Shown: positions 13,237 through 27,759, numbered from the stretch's first letter. The stretch: 64,000 bases of DNA from the human T2T-CHM13v2.0 reference genome, Homo sapiens (GCF_009914755.1 NC_060937.1), one strand, 5' to 3'. Numbers and translations are program-made. The notes: generated by a model not told the origin, from the sequence alone.

Positions 13237-13954
13237 ACTAAAAAATACGAATTTACCAGACGGACGAATGGATAAAGAGAAAAATATGAGCTTATGAATG
13301 ACAGGGTCAGGACCATATTTATCTTTGCATTCTAGCAAATAGCATTAGTGCTGATCATAAAAAGAAATAATTAATGTCTTACATTGCTCTTTTAATCTGT
13401 CATGTCCATTCATACGCATATAATCCTTAAAACAACCTTGCAGGAAAATAGTGTTGATATTGACTCCTTTATTAAATAACACAATCCGGATAAGCAAAAT
13501 GAAGCACCCAAGGTCACCTTTATATTTTAGTGGTCTTTGTTCTTCTCAGGACTTTTCCTCAATCGTACTTAAAGCCACTAACCACTCAGATGACTTATTC
13601 TTCCAATTGGAACCAGGCTGCATTAAATCACAATTGTTTAACAACTGTCAAACAACAGGTTTCATCCAACGCTTACTCTAGGCCAGATACTTTGCTAAAC
13701 ACTGAGGCAAAACCTCCAAACAATTTGCTTCTTTTTTAGAAGGGCAAGTACTTGACAGTGGATGAAAGTGGAACATTTTTCCCCTAGAGGGATCAAATTG
13801 GGGTATAACTCTAAAGGCAGGTTTGAGGGAGAAATTAAAAAGAGGTAAAATGCAGTATGGGACATGAAAATGGAAAACCTTCTCAAATAAGGCCAGTAAA
13901 GTGCAAAACAGGGTAAAAGCAAATATCTGACCGAAACAGTGAGCCATATAAGAA

Positions 13955-14062
13955 ACATGAAACTAGATTAGGAACTAGGAAATCTGGCCTTTCCTTCCCA
14001 CGGTTCCAGCATTTATCTTGTTGATCTTGGGCAAGCCATTTAACCTCTCTGGGTCTCACTTT
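13955..14062 (+). mobile_element. MIR SINE fragment
   Basis: tgatcttgggcaagccatttaacctctctgggtctcac, the MIR core. Confidence 0.7.
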
Positions 14063-17000
14063 AGATGGTCTCCAGCCCAAAGGCCAGCTTAACTGGCATG
14101 CATGTGGACTATCAGTGCGGCTACCACATCCTACCTAGCAACTGGATTGTTGTCATGGCTGCTGCACCATCCTTGTACAAGTGCAGCAATCAGAAGGATC
14201 TCTGAAATTACAGTGCTCAAGTTCTGTTAAGCTTTAACTCTGGGAAGCTATGAGTGGAACTGCATAGAAATGACACTGGAATGTGAATGCCAATGCCCAA
14301 AGTAAGGTGGCTCTGGCCAGCCATGCTAACTTGTCTTGAAGTCTATTTGCACAGAAGATACAGCTGGAACATGTGCTTTCCTCCACTTCATCTCACCTGG
14401 GGTCAAGACCCGGTTGGCCAGCTGACTGGCCACTGACATCCCCCTTGACTCCATAGGGAGCTGCAGTTGAGGTACTTTCCAAATGAATCCTGACTTACAC
14501 AGGTACTCTCCTCCTCCTGGTAGATGCTGTCCTAACTGCTAATTACCCCTAAAAGATAACTGATTCCTTTCCTATTGTTTCTCCCCTAAACTGCAAAAGA
14601 TGATTGCAATGATAAAAAAAAAAACTGCTTTTATTAAATGAACTTTTGGAAGAGGAACATATATAAATAAATTAGTAGTAGTCCATAAAAACCTGTCCTT
14701 CATGTTCAACCTAATGGGCATCCTAGGGCAACTATTTGCCAGATCATCGATCTGTTGAGAAAGGAATAAAAGCGAAGTCTCCTCTTTCGTAAAAAAAAAA
14801 TGCACAAAATTTTCTATAAGTTTCAGGTGGCTTGGAGATACTCTGAAGCATTAAGTTAAACACAGTTTAAAAACTGCCTTAAAGTGATCATCATTTTAAT
14901 TATTTCCAAACCCATGATCTCTCAAAGCCATTTAATTGCTGTAAAAGGCACTTTCAGGAGGAAAACAATCTCAAATTACCTTCCACCATCCTCCACCACT
15001 CAAGAAGAAGAAAGATATACATCGTCAGTCCCCCACAACTTTCCAACATCAAAATTTCAAGCATTTTATTTGGCCAGATGCATGTAGATCATTTACAGTT
15101 TAATGGAAATATTGACATATGTCTACCAAAATACTCTAGATCTATTGGAGAAATTTTGCCGATGTTGGTGTACTCTGACTTGCTACCATGGCCAGCAAAT
15201 AGAGGTGTCTACTCATCCTCATTCTTATACAAGGACAGAACAGCAATAGTGGCAAAAACATGTGTCTATAACCTCACTGACGTTCCCCATCCATGTCTGT
15301 TAAGCTGACCTCAGAGTCTGAGAGTGTCAATTGAATTTTACTCATCTAATAATTTTGATATTCAATTTGTGTAGTTAAAATATACATTATAGGGTGAAGT
15401 TTCAAGAGTTGTCTCAGACACTTCCCATCAAGCATCTATGTGCACACAGAGGTAGACTAAGTATGTCACATCAGCTAAATATACATCCTTTAGGGATGAC
15501 TGGAAAGGAAACTGCTATGCAGATGGAAAAAAAAAAAGCTGTAACCATAGATATAAATATATGTAAATACACACAGAAGTTTCAATTTTCACAGGATGCC
15601 TGAAACAGGAATGCTTGATCTCTTTCACGAATATTAGGTTTTTAGAATTTCATAAATGGTGAGGAGAAAATATAAAATGGCACAGAAGGCTGTGGTAGAA
15701 GAACTCAGGTAACATATAAAGAAACCATCAGGACAACTCATTGTCTGATTTTGATTACTGTGGAGCAACTGTGATCTCTATCATGAAAATTCCTTAACAA
15801 GCTAGAAAAAAAATTAAAAGACCATGCAGTGGCAGAATAATGGAAATGCAGAACATGTTACATTGTACATAGGGATCTTTGAAAAGGAAAAAGCACAAAT
15901 TGTATGTATCTGGTTCATAATCATATTTGATCCCTGATACAGTTTAGAGATGTGTAATTATCTACATCTCTTTCCCATTCATTCTGGTTGTAAGTTTTAA
16001 GTTCAGCAAATCAACTGTGTGATTAAAGCAACTGAATTCAGCCTGAAAATCTTTGCTCTGCCATCTATAGGATAGTCTGTCTGGTAGCTACTTGGAGGCA
16101 CTACAGCATTAAGCATGTCATTCATGCAGAAGGGCCCGGGGTCTGACAAGCCTGTGAGGAATGGCTAGAAGAGCTGAACAAGCATTCTCACAAAACCAAT
16201 CACTTGGTAATTGCTGAGTTGTTATCACAGCAATTACCAAGTGATTGATCTTGTGAGGGTTAGAGAAGTGGTAAATCCTTGGCATGTTCTTAAGGACTTT
16301 TGTCAATGTCAAGATCTATTCTAACTCCCACTTCTTGCACAAGAAAAAAGAGATGCCTTTTGTTCTTGCCTGGGCAGGAAACACTGACTCTCCAGTTACC
16401 CAACCCCCTAACTCCTTTTTCCTAAGCCTCTCTCTAGTCAATTCCTACGGGGCTGATTTCTGGAAAGATAATTCCACTAAAATTATTAACATGAAAACCA
16501 TATATCAATATCATAGAATTATAAACACAGATAGATTGTAGTTAACTGCACCTACAAATAAACATTATTAATATTAAAGCTTGTGCATAATGATGTGGGA
16601 AAATTAATGCTTATTGTCAGAAAATATTTTTGAGTTTATTAATATAAAGAACACTAAGAGAAAAGCTCTCACATGTTATTACTATTTTAAAGAAACATGA
16701 ATTAAATGGGGAACCACAAAAAACAGGAGTATGATGTTGCGTCAAATAGGAAAAGTGAGTATAGCTACCCAGGGTTAAATCTGGGGTCTTAGTCATAAAT
16801 CTTTATTTGACAATTTAATGCACCGTTCTGTTAAACTACCATTTTGCTTTCATTGTTCCTACCTCAAATGACACAATTAACAAATTGTGAGTGCTGACGG
16901 TGATATCCAATAAAAGGTGGAATATATTAAAAAGGTTTATTGAAATTACTTTATCACATCTTCAGAAAATTGTTGAAAAGTACAGGTGGATAGATGAAAA

Positions 17001-17704
17001 GCCCTAACATCTTTTCTACCATTAGCAAGGGATGATTTTAAAAATGTAAATAAATGCATTTGCTATATTTGAAGCATAATTTCTACATTGATAATTTAGT
17101 TTAGAATAAATGTTGCTATTCCAATAATGAATGTCTCTTCATGGGTACTGCTGTCATAATTACTTAAGAAAAAAATATTAATTGGTCACCAAACCATCTC
17201 AGCAGATGGATCTATTGGGGAGGTGTCAGGTTAGTGTTACATTTTAGCACAAAATTGTTGTGTGTTATTTTATAGTATTCAAATAATCAAAATCATACAA
17301 CTCTGGACAGGAATTGGCGAAGTATACTCCAAATGGAAAATTCACACATAAAACTGAATAAATAGTATATTTTTTCTGGGTTGTAGCCTAGATAAGAGAA
17401 CAAAATATTTAAATGAGAAAATTTAGAAGTATAATACATATGGACAGCAGGAAATGTCATCCAAAAAGGTCATTTTTGCTTTATATAAAAAATTAACCAT
17501 TTTATCCCCTTCCTACCATCCCACACATACACATACATACATCTTGGCAGCTTCGAAATTTTGGTTTAAGAATAATAAGAATAATAATGCAAACCTAAAA
17601 GATTCTAATTGTAATCATTTCTGCTCTTGAGGGAGATTTAGCTATACCTTTAAAAAAAAATTACTGGCCTGTTCAGGACAAAATAAGGATTGAAATGTTT
17701 TAAA

Positions 17705-18089
17705 GGATTAAGAAAATGTGGCACATATACACCATGGAATACTATGCAGCCATAAAAAATGATGAGTTCACGTCCTTTGCAGGGACATGGATGAAGCTGG
17801 AAACCATCATTCTCAGCAAACTATCGCAAGGACAAAAAACCAAACACCGCATATTCTCACTCATAGGTGGGAATTGAACAACGAGAACACATGGACACAG
17901 GAAGGGGAACATCACACACCGGGGCCTGTTGTGGGGTGGTGGGAAGGGGGAGGGATAGCATTAGGAGATATACCTAATGCTAAATGACGAGTTAATGGGT
18001 GCAGCACACCAACATGGCACATGTATACATATGTAACAAACCTGCATGTTGTGCACATGTACCCTAAAACTTAAAGTATAATAAAAAAA
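17705..18089 (+). mobile_element. 5'-truncated primate L1 (L1PA3/PA4-like): ORF2 end, 3' UTR, polyA
   Basis: Near-consensus aagaaaatgtggcacatatacaccatggaatactatgcagcc...gtaccctaaaacttaaagtataataaaaaaaa. Confidence 0.95.
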
Positions 18090-18454
18090 ATCATCTTTAC
18101 AAATAGTTTTTCTCAACATTAAAAAGGAAATTTAAACCCACTTTTCATGCCTTCTATTTAGAAGCAAAAAATACATTTTTATGAGAAAAGAGTATGGGCC
18201 CTTTTAGTTGGTATGGTGCCAGTTCCTTTAGAAGGAGACTTTCTAAGCCCGGTTTATTATCTTAGTTGTTTAAAAAAAAAAAAAGCAGCAGTTGATATAA
18301 ACTTTTCATATTTAACTGAAGTTTACTCTGAAGAGATTAAAAGAGTTTCTATTCCATGAAACGACTTGCTCCAAGTTTCTATGACTGGGTTTCTTTTGGC
18401 TGAATGGCCCAGTTCAAGCTGTTTAATGATGTGGTAGATGAGGAAACAGCATGG

Positions 18455-18660
18455 CTCTTAGGTCATAACCTTGCTCTGTTGTTCAAAAGCTGTTGCGATC
18501 TTAGGAAAAGTACCAATCTTATGTTTTGTCTTCTAGAAAAGGGGGTGTGAGGGAATAATAAATACCTGTACTGCATGGTTGCTGTGAAAATTGTATGGGA
18601 TAATGGACACATGAAGAGTTTGCAGAGTGCCTGATACCTTGTGGTTAGTATACGGTAACT
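18455..18660 (+). mobile_element. MIR SINE
   Basis: gctgttgcgatcttaggaaaagt...aataataaatacctgtactgcatggttgctgtgaaaatt...agagtgcctgatac. Confidence 0.7.
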
Positions 18661-19809
18661 ATCATTTTTTGTTACATCTTTCACTTTGGATTCCATGTTT
18701 TATGCCCACAACATTTGGAGGTAAATTATAATTTCCATCTTAGAGTCGGAGTCACTTAAGGCTTAGAAGTTCAGTGACTTGCCCGCTGTCGTGTATGACA
18801 GATCTGAAAGTCTTCCAGTTCCAAATCCAGAATTAAGTTTCCACTCCTCATCCTATCTGGGCAATACTTAGTGCCACGTAAGTGTTACCTGCTGGGGATG
18901 ATGATGCTGCACCTGTGTGAGAAGGAGCAGGCCCATGCTATTTGAAATAACTCACTGGGAAGACATTCCCAGGGGAAGAATGACATTGACCTTTGGAAAC
19001 TTATAGTAGCCAGAGTTTGTGCCCAATTCCAGAACCGAGGCTGTCTTCACTCAGGCACATTCCTTATGTTATTTAGCCTTTGCTTCCCCAGCTATGGAGA
19101 AAAAGAGGATTCTCTTATTGATTACTCTGGATTCCAACTCTAATTCCTCAGATACTGTCACATTAATTATTTAAATCGGAATAACTTCCCTTCCTAAAAC
19201 AGCAGTCTTTTGATATTGCTGTATTTCAGCTGATAATGGGAGAAAAAAGTTAGATTCCAAGAAAGGGCAAAAATTATGATACGAAATAAAAAACTAAGAC
19301 ATATGTCTCCTGAGAAAACAATGTAAAAAATCAATAGTCAAAGAAACTTCAATCAACCATTTTAAAGGAAAATTTTAGGAAAAAAAATACAATCAATATA
19401 AATATGAAAGGATATTAATTTTGAACATGCCAGAAAATCCTTATAGGCTATATATAATTTTTAAATAAAAGACACAAACTTTGATTTGCACAATTAAATG
19501 TCCTTTCTTTTACCTCTACATTCTGAGTTTTAACCAGTCAATAAATGTGCTCTTTCTAGACAAAAATAAATCTGAAAATCAAATTTTTATTGACTTTAAA
19601 ATCATTATTCCAGGACTGAGCACCCAGTGTCATTGGGCCTCACTGTCACTGTGAAACCCTTCTTTTTGTTTTGAATGGGATTACTGATTTTGAGTCTTCT
19701 AATAATATGTTCACTTCAAAACAACAAAAAAATAGGAGACAGAATTGGATTTCCAAAAGTCCAAATCATCATTAAATAAACATTGTTTGCTTGCCTGAGC
19801 ATTACTGTT

Positions 19810-20287
19810 TGCATCTTACTCTCCTCATTCATATATTAAGGTTCTAACCACCAGTACCTTAGAATGTGACTTTATTTGGAAATAAGATTATTACAGGTAT
19901 AATTAGTTAAATTAAGATGAGCTCATACTGGATGAGAATATGCCCCTAATGCAATATGACTAGCATCCTTATAAAAAGGGGAAATTTACACACACGCACC
20001 CCCCCACACACAAACACACAAACACACAATGTCATGTGAACATGAAGGAAGAGACTGGAGAGAGCTGTCCACAATCCAAGGAACAAAAGAGATTGATGGC
20101 AAACAACCAGAATCTAGGGGAGAGGCATCAAACATATTCTATTTCATATGACTGAAAGGTACCAACCCCACTCATGCCTAGATCTCAGACTTATAACCTC
20201 CACAACAGTGAGACAATAGATTCCAATTGCTTAATCCAACCAGTTTGGGACACTTTGTTATGACAGCCCTCCTAGCAAACTAATACA
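19810..20287 (+). mobile_element. MaLR solo LTR (MLT1C-like) with internal CA-rich tract
   Basis: accagtaccttagaatgtgactttatttggaaataag...ctttgttatgacagccctcctagcaaactaataca (terminal ACA). Confidence 0.85.
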
Positions 20288-20884
20288 ATGACGTTGTTTC
20301 AGCAACATGCTGCTGAGACTTAGTGTTCCATTTCTTAGTTATAAAAGCTATAAAAATATATGGAAAGAGCAAGGCAAAGTCCAAGGTACTTTATTTCCTT
20401 TCAAGGCTGAGTGGATGATTCAAATGTGTTAAGAGGAAAATAAATGAGAAATTTCTAGGATGTACTTATCCTTCCATCTGTATCAGGACACAGTATAGAA
20501 AAATAGATTAATAAACTCATAAAACTAAAAGCTTTCTGTATCTTATACATAAAACCACCTTGGGGGATGGGGAAGCTCTTATAAGCAAAGAAACAAAACT
20601 ATATAGTTTTGGAGTCACACTTTATGGTCATCATCTCTTCCATCACCATAACCACGAACTTTTACAGATCACTGTAGAACTTGTAGCAACTACAAACGTT
20701 GAACACCTAGCACCCTGTAAACATCCAACAACTGATAGCTTTCAAGATGCCCATATATTTCTTAGGAATAAGCTGATGTTCTGTCTAATAATGATTGAGA
20801 AACAAAATTAATTAATAAATCTACAGATTCCTTAAGACTCAATGTAAATGGTGGACTACACCAAGTCACCAAGATGTCACCAAG

Positions 20885-23800
20885 ATGATGTCACAAATAT
20901 GGCAGAGTAAGAGACAAGCCTTCATCCCACACACACAAAAAGAAAAAGCGCAGATAGCTACTCACAAATCAGATAAACCCAGGGAAAGCTCAAGGGCTCA
21001 TGAAAAAATTGGCAGCAATACAGTAGAGAGAAAAAAAACATAGAATATTGATACAGAAAGGATCACTGGTGGGATCAGCATACCTGAGACACCAGGAGAC
21101 TGCTAGGACCAAAGAAGAAAGGTGGACCTATCAATATCAGCCCATGGTCTCATCTGCAGAGGATACTGGCATATCTTGCCACTGAGGTAACCAACAGCCA
21201 TTCTTGATGGGGAACACCAGAGACAGGTATGGCTGCACAGCTGTATTAAGTTGCTTCAGGAAATTAGCTACCACGTCTCCCAAACCACCATTTATCTCAG
21301 TCTCAGAGCTGTGGTCAATATGCAAGTGCCCACATTACAGGCCCAGGCTTGGTGGCTGCGTTAAGCCCACTCATGTCTCAGGCACATGGAGTGAGGACTT
21401 AGCTCTGGGGCCCACAGTGTGAAACATCTCATTACATGTGCCCATGTTCCAGGCACTGGCTCAGCTGCCATAGAGAGCTAGGCCCCACCCCAACATTTAA
21501 CTCTCACCCATCTGTGATCTCATTTCCAGATCTCTTTCTGCTCCACAAGTATCCATGTCTCACACTATGTTACCAGCATGGTAGTGGGGAGTGCCTGTAC
21601 CCTGAGTATCATTGCCATTACTTTCCCGGATCCCAGAGCCACAGAAACTCTGTGCATGCCTGTACTTCAGGCCTCAGATCCACAGGCACCACACATCAGA
21701 CACCAGTGCCACTGCCACTTCAAGTGAACCCACAAGCCAGACCCAGTGCCCCAAAGGACCTGCTGAGCCATAACTTCCCCACTGTGAGAAAAGGGATCAG
21801 GAGGACTTTGGCAGCCATCACCACCAAATACCCTACCAGTGCTCACTACCACTATGGATAGCACAGTGTTGGCTGCTGAGGATCCCTGCAACATTTGCCA
21901 ACTCTGACCTTAGCTGATAGAGCTATACAAACACTACACAGCAGCACCCTTACTGGTGTCAGAACTGCTGCACCACAACCAGCAAGCATTCTCACATCCC
22001 CTCTCTCCCATAAAGGAAGGTCTTTCCACAGCAAGACTAGCCAGTAGAGTCTGAAAGTGGTGAATACTCCACCAAATACATACACATCAATGTCAATAAG
22101 AAGCTTGAAAAACCAAAGAGACATAACACCACCAAAAGACCATAATAATCTCTTAGTAGCTGACACAAAGAAATGGAGATATATTAAATGCTTAAAAAAA
22201 TTCACAATAATTGTTTTAAGGAAGCTCAATGAACTTCAAGAAAATAGAGAAACAATTCAGTTAATCAGGAAAACAATGAATTACCAACACAAAAAGTTTA
22301 ACAGATTAAAATTATTTTAAAAATTAATCCAATTCTGGAGCTGAAAAATACAGTTAATGAAATGAAAATGAAATAGAGGGCATCAACATAAGAATTTATT
22401 TGTATTCAGGAGATAATATCTATATACTCAAAGACAGGTTATTTGAAAATATATAATCAGAAAAGAAAAACAACAAAAAGGAATAAAGGAAGCTTACAGG
22501 ATTCATAGGTCAACATCAACAGAGCAAATGTTTGAGTCCTGGCAGTTAAGAAAAGAGAGTGATAAAAAGCTGGAAAGTTTATTTTAAAAAAATAGCAAAA
22601 ACTTTCCAAATCCAGGAAAAATATAAATATCCAGGTACGAGAAGGTCAACAGATTCAATCTAAACAAGACTATACCAAGACATATTGTAACCGATTTTTC
22701 AAAAATTGGATTTCTGAAAATTTTTGAAAATTTGAAAAATTGTAACCAATTTTTCAAAGACAGAGAGGATACTAAAAGTAACAAGAGAAAAAAAAGCAAA
22801 TCATATATTAGAGAATTTCAATAAGGCAGCAGTGAATTTTTCATCAGAAACCTTATAGGCCAGGAAAAAGTGAAATGATAGATTTGAAGTGGTGAAGAAA
22901 AAAAAAACTGTCAACCAAGAATACCGTATCCAGCAAATATGTCCTTCAGAAATGAAGAGAAGCAGACTTTTTCAGACAAACAAAAGTTGAGGAAGTTCAT
23001 AATCACCAGACCTGTTTTACAAGAAATAGTAAAGGGAGTTTCTCAAGCTGAAAGAAGAAGATGCTAATGAGTAACACAAAAACATCTGAAAGTACAGAAC
23101 TCATAAATAAAAGTAAGCAGTTAATTTGGAGTACTCTAATACTGTAATAGTGGTGTGTACATCACTTATGTCTTTAGTGTGATGACTAAAAGACAAGTAT
23201 TAAAAATACCAAGAGCTACAATAATATGTTAACTGATGTACAATATAAAAAGATGTAAATTGTAACATCAAAAAGCCTTATGGTAACCACAAAGCAAAAA
23301 CCAATAGTAGATGCACAAAAGATAAACAGTAAGGAATCTTGGCAAAACACTAGAGAAAAATCACCTAATCACAAAGGAAGATAGCAAGAAAGGAACAAAG
23401 GATCTATAAAACAATAAGACAATAACAAAATAGCAGTGGTATTTACATATCAATAATTACCTTAAATATAAAGAGATTAAATTCTCCAATCAAAAGACGT
23501 AGAGTGGCTGAAGCAATAAGGAAAACGAAACAGAACATGATCCAACAATATGCTGCCTACAAGAGACTAACTTCACCTTTAAGGAAACACATGGACTGAA
23601 AGTTAAGGGATGGAAAAAAGGATTCCTTGCAAATGGAAACCAAAATAGAGAAATTATTTCAAATAACAAAAGAAAATTCAGAAAATTCACAAACATATGG
23701 AAATTAAACAACATGTTCCTGAACAACCGATCAATTAAAGAACAAATTAAAAGCAAAATTTAAAAATGTCTTGAGATAAACAAAAATGTAAACACAACTT

Positions 23801-23890
23801 ATGAAAATGTATGGGGTATAGTAAAAGCAGTTTTAAGAAGTAAATGTATAGCAATAAATGCCTACATCAAGAAAATAAGAAAGCTTTCTA
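20885..23890 (+). mobile_element. Old L1M LINE: 5' UTR, decayed ORF1 and ORF2 start with internal deletion near 23645
   Basis: ORF1 remnant (22057-22320 translates ...IIVLRKLNELQEN...), cagaaaccttataggccagg, cagacaaacaaaagttgagg, ORF2 endonuclease remnant tgctgcctacaagagac; many stops and frameshifts. Confidence 0.9.
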
Positions 23891-24899
23891 AGTGTTAGAT
23901 ATTTGCTTACTGCTTTATAAATGTTTAAGTCTCACAAGCTCTGGGGTAGACAAAAATTACGTCAGTTTCCCAGAGGAAAAACCAGAGAAGTTAATAAACA
24001 CATATAATGGCTTAGAACTTGTACTTTGCACAGCTGGGATTTTGGAATGATTATATCATTATATAAAAAGTGAATAGAACTTAAGTTCTACTTCATTTAT
24101 GTTCTGTTTCTTTTGTTTTTACTGAACTGTAAGTTCTGGTAAAGGGTTTCATCATTTTATCTTTCACATTTAACACAGTTCCTGGCACATAGTACTCACT
24201 CAACTAGTTTTAAATCAATGAGTGAAGGAGATTTTGCTTCTCAAATTCCTTTATATTGCAAGCAGGTAAGCAATATTTATTTCATGGTTGATATACATGT
24301 CACCATAGCTATGGACATTTACTTATAGATTTTGCAGCATCCTTAGGAACAAGACAAGACAGAATGGGATAAATTTGAGGCACAGAAAACCAATCTGTCA
24401 TCACTGATGTGAGAGAATACTGAGTCACTTTTTAAAAATGTAACTTAAGAAATATTATGAGAAATAATAGTTAACTATGATCTTGATTAATTTTTTCTCA
24501 CACTTTTTGATGTGGCATAATGTATCACAAAGAGTGCTTTTAAAAAATCAATATATTTAGAGGAGTTCCCTCCTAGAATTTTATCTCCTCTTTTATAGTG
24601 GACATAATGTTTAGACTATACATGTAAATTACACTTTACTAAAGCTATTTTGTAATGTGAGGAAGATAGTCCCATACCACTGTTTGGCCATCTCCCCTAT
24701 AAGACAATGAATGAAGCATACTTAGCCACAGAATTACTGTCAGGATTAGAAAGAGTCCGTTTTCTTAACCTCTTCTCAGTCTGTTCCCCATTGGTTAGTG
24801 TTAATGTCAATTTTAATTACAGAGTCAGGTGTTTGGACTTTCCCTGGGTTTTCTCAGACTCTTTGTGGCATCAGCTACTATCCACCCTCTGCTGATACC

Positions 24900-25800
24900 A
24901 AGTATTGCTACATCCTTCAACTTTCTACTATACATCGCATCTGGATGTCTAAACTCAAATTCAACTTAGGGTATCCAAAACACAAGTCATTATGTTTCTC
25001 TCCTTTTCTACCTCTCCTCCCACCACAGAGCAAGGTGTTACTGCTTCCACATTTTCTAGGTAGTTATCAGAGTTATCCCTCCTTTTATTCATCCCCAATA
25101 TGAAACCATTCATCAAATCTCATAAGTATTATTGCCAAAGAATCCTCTGAAACTATCACTCCCGCTTTCTGTTCCCACAGCCATGCCTTCATTTCTGATT
25201 TTCATCACCCATCTTTTTGAATCACTGTACAACCAGGTATCCATGTCTCACATTCCAGTCCTTTATCCACTCTCCAGTCCCATGGAGAAATACAGTTATT
25301 TCTAACTATAAATAAAATCTCACCATACCCACTTAAAGACTTAGCCAGTTCCTTAATTGTTTCTCACAGTTCAATGCCCCATTTGTAGCATACAAAAATC
25401 CAACCTAGTTTTTCAGCCTTATTTCCTGCCACATGCCTCATGCACATGTTTTTCTAGTCAATTTGAATTTTTAAAATCATCTCCAATACATGCTGAGGCT
25501 CTTTTGATTGTCTGCTTATGCACATACTATTCCCTGTGCCTGACATGCCTTTCCTTGACTTAACCTTTATGACTCAAATAAATTTCATCTGCTCTGTGAA
25601 ACGTTTATTGCTTTCCTCTAGAGGGATTAATCTCTGTCTCTTTGTTGTGCTTTCATAGTACTTTGTTTGTTCTCCAAACATAAGTCAGTGGGATCTTTTT
25701 AAAACATAACTAAGATTATATCATATTCCTGTTGAACACCATTCAAAGGCTTGTTATCCTACTTGGAATAAAATCTAAACTCTTTACCCTGTTCTATTAA
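24900..25800 (+). mobile_element. L2 LINE fragments
   Basis: ctcaaattcaac...ctttatccactctcc...ttcctgttgaacaccattcaaaggctt...ggaataaaatctaaactcttta. Confidence 0.55.
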
Positions 25801-25949
25801 CAAATCATCCCTTAGAACTGGGCAGTCAGGCCTCTGTTCTGCACCTAAACTTCAGCATAGTAATACCACACCCATGATACATTTATTAAAGGAGACATGC
25901 GTACTTCTGCCACTTGAGATTCAATGTTCAGTGGGGGCATAGCACAACA

Positions 25950-26514
25950 CAGGGGGTGGCAAACCACACCTCTTTGGGCCAGACCCAGCCTGCCTATTTT
26001 TGCAAATAAAGCTTTTGTATTAATCTATTTTCATACTGCTGATAAATACATACCCGAGACTGGGTAATTGATAAGGAAAAAGAGGTTTAATGGACTCACA
26101 GTCCCATGTGGCTGGGGAGGCCTCACAATCATGGCAGAAAGTGAAAGGCACATCATACCTGACAGCAGCCAAGATAGAATGAGAGCCAAGGGAAAAGGGA
26201 AATCCCTTATAAAACCATCACATCTTATGAGACTTATTCACTACCACGAGAACAGTATAACTGCCCCTATGATTCAATTATCTCCCACTGGGTCCCTCCC
26301 ACATGTGGGAATTATGGGAGCTACAATTCAGGATGAGATTTGGGTGGGGACACAGACAAATCACATCGGCTTTATTGAAACACAGCTATGCTCATTCATT
26401 TATACATAGTCTACAGTTGCTTTTGCACTACAATGACAGAGTTGGGTATTTGTTACAAATGGCCCAGAAAGACAAAGCTATTTGGCCCATGACAGAAAAA
26501 TTTGCCAGCCATTG
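25950..26514. mobile_element. MER58A DNA transposon split by a THE1B insertion
   Basis: caggggg tggcaaac...tttttgcaaataaagcttt, resuming tttattgaaacacagctatgctcattcattta...ggcccatgacagaaaaatttgccagcc. Confidence 0.8.
26016..26368 (-). mobile_element. THE1B (MaLR) solo LTR
   Basis: tgtattaatctattttcatactgctgataaa...gagatttgggtggggacacag; 5-bp TSD gcttt at 26011-26015 and 26369-26373. Confidence 0.92.
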
Positions 26515-26949
26515 ACACAGCCTATAACTCTTATCTGCCCTTGAGACTACCTACATTTAGGCTCAAAGAAACATAGTTCAACAATCATTTACCTTTGTTT
26601 TCAAAGCAAAGGCTACATTTTGTCCAATTGGTGCAAGAGTTTTCAGTTCGTGCCACTACCAACAGCAGAGATTAACATTTCTGTGCTTTTGGTAGAAAAA
26701 AGACACATTAATTAACTTGTCAAATCCTTCTCAGAGAATATGGATGCAGTAGATACTTACATAATAAAACATAATTTCTCCAAAGTGCTAAGTGCCCATT
26801 TTCCTACTTCATGGTCTCATTTGTGGTTCCATAAATACTCACAATACAGCAAATTATATGCAATAGTTGCACATGACAACTAAGAAACATTTCGTAATAT
26901 TAAAAGCTGTATTTTTGTCTTAAATTTAAATATGAATAGGTCTAGAAAG

Positions 26950-27700
26950 AACATGAGAATCAGGATCCTACAGTGATTCAACAATGAATACCAGAATTAT
27001 ATTGTTTATATATATGTAAAATATAATACAGATATAAATATATTATAAAACTAAAATGAATATATATTTATATAAAATATAATGAAATTCTTAAAATAAT
27101 TTCAATAGAATTATAACTAGTATTCTCCCTTTTATTGCAATAGGTAATTTTGAATTTTAGAAAAGTAATGATTTAGTATATTATATAAATAATTTGTTTT
27201 TCAACTTTTAAAATTTGCTTTGACATATTTTTATGACATTTAAATTTTATACAATTTGAATCCAATTACATTTTATTTCTGAATTCTTTAGATCATTGCT
27301 GCCAATAAAATATGGTTTATGTGACTTTTTATATTAGCTTAATTAGTGATTTTGCTAAAATGAAAGCAGAAAAAGTAAATTCAAAGGAGTAATGATATAA
27401 TTGTTTATAAACTATGAATTTTTTAATCATATTATGAACACAAGATAACTGACCCATTAACAGAATATGAAAAAAATAAGCAATGATAACTAGATTCAGT
27501 CACCTTTAGTACTTTGCTAAATTTTAGTCATAAAAATCTTATAGTTTAATGAATATTTTACAAATTGTTATGATGAATGCTTATTTGTCAGCATAGGAAA
27601 GAATACATTTCAGTCAACAGTGAGTCTGATTGATAACTTTAGCTCTTTACGTGTATGGAATATGGTCTCCATTTGCAGTCCTGCCTCAGGCCCCACAATT
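26950..27700 (+). mobile_element. Possible hAT-Tip100 (Zaphod/Arthur-like) relic
   Basis: From 27342 reads ISDFAKMKAEKVN, resembling hAT transposase C-termini; very AT-rich and degraded. Confidence 0.35.
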
Positions 27701-27759
27701 GGATGGAGTAATTCTGCTATTAATAATAATATTTTCTTACAAGATTAATACTTTAAAGT

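Noticed and set aside
22057-23756. L1 ORF1/ORF2-like peptides (also 37982, 45019, 47422)
   Set aside because: Fragmented by stops and frameshifts; dead retrotransposon copies, not genes
26995-27085. Extremely AT-rich quasi-palindromic tract
   Set aside because: Low-complexity sequence with no specific structure I can support
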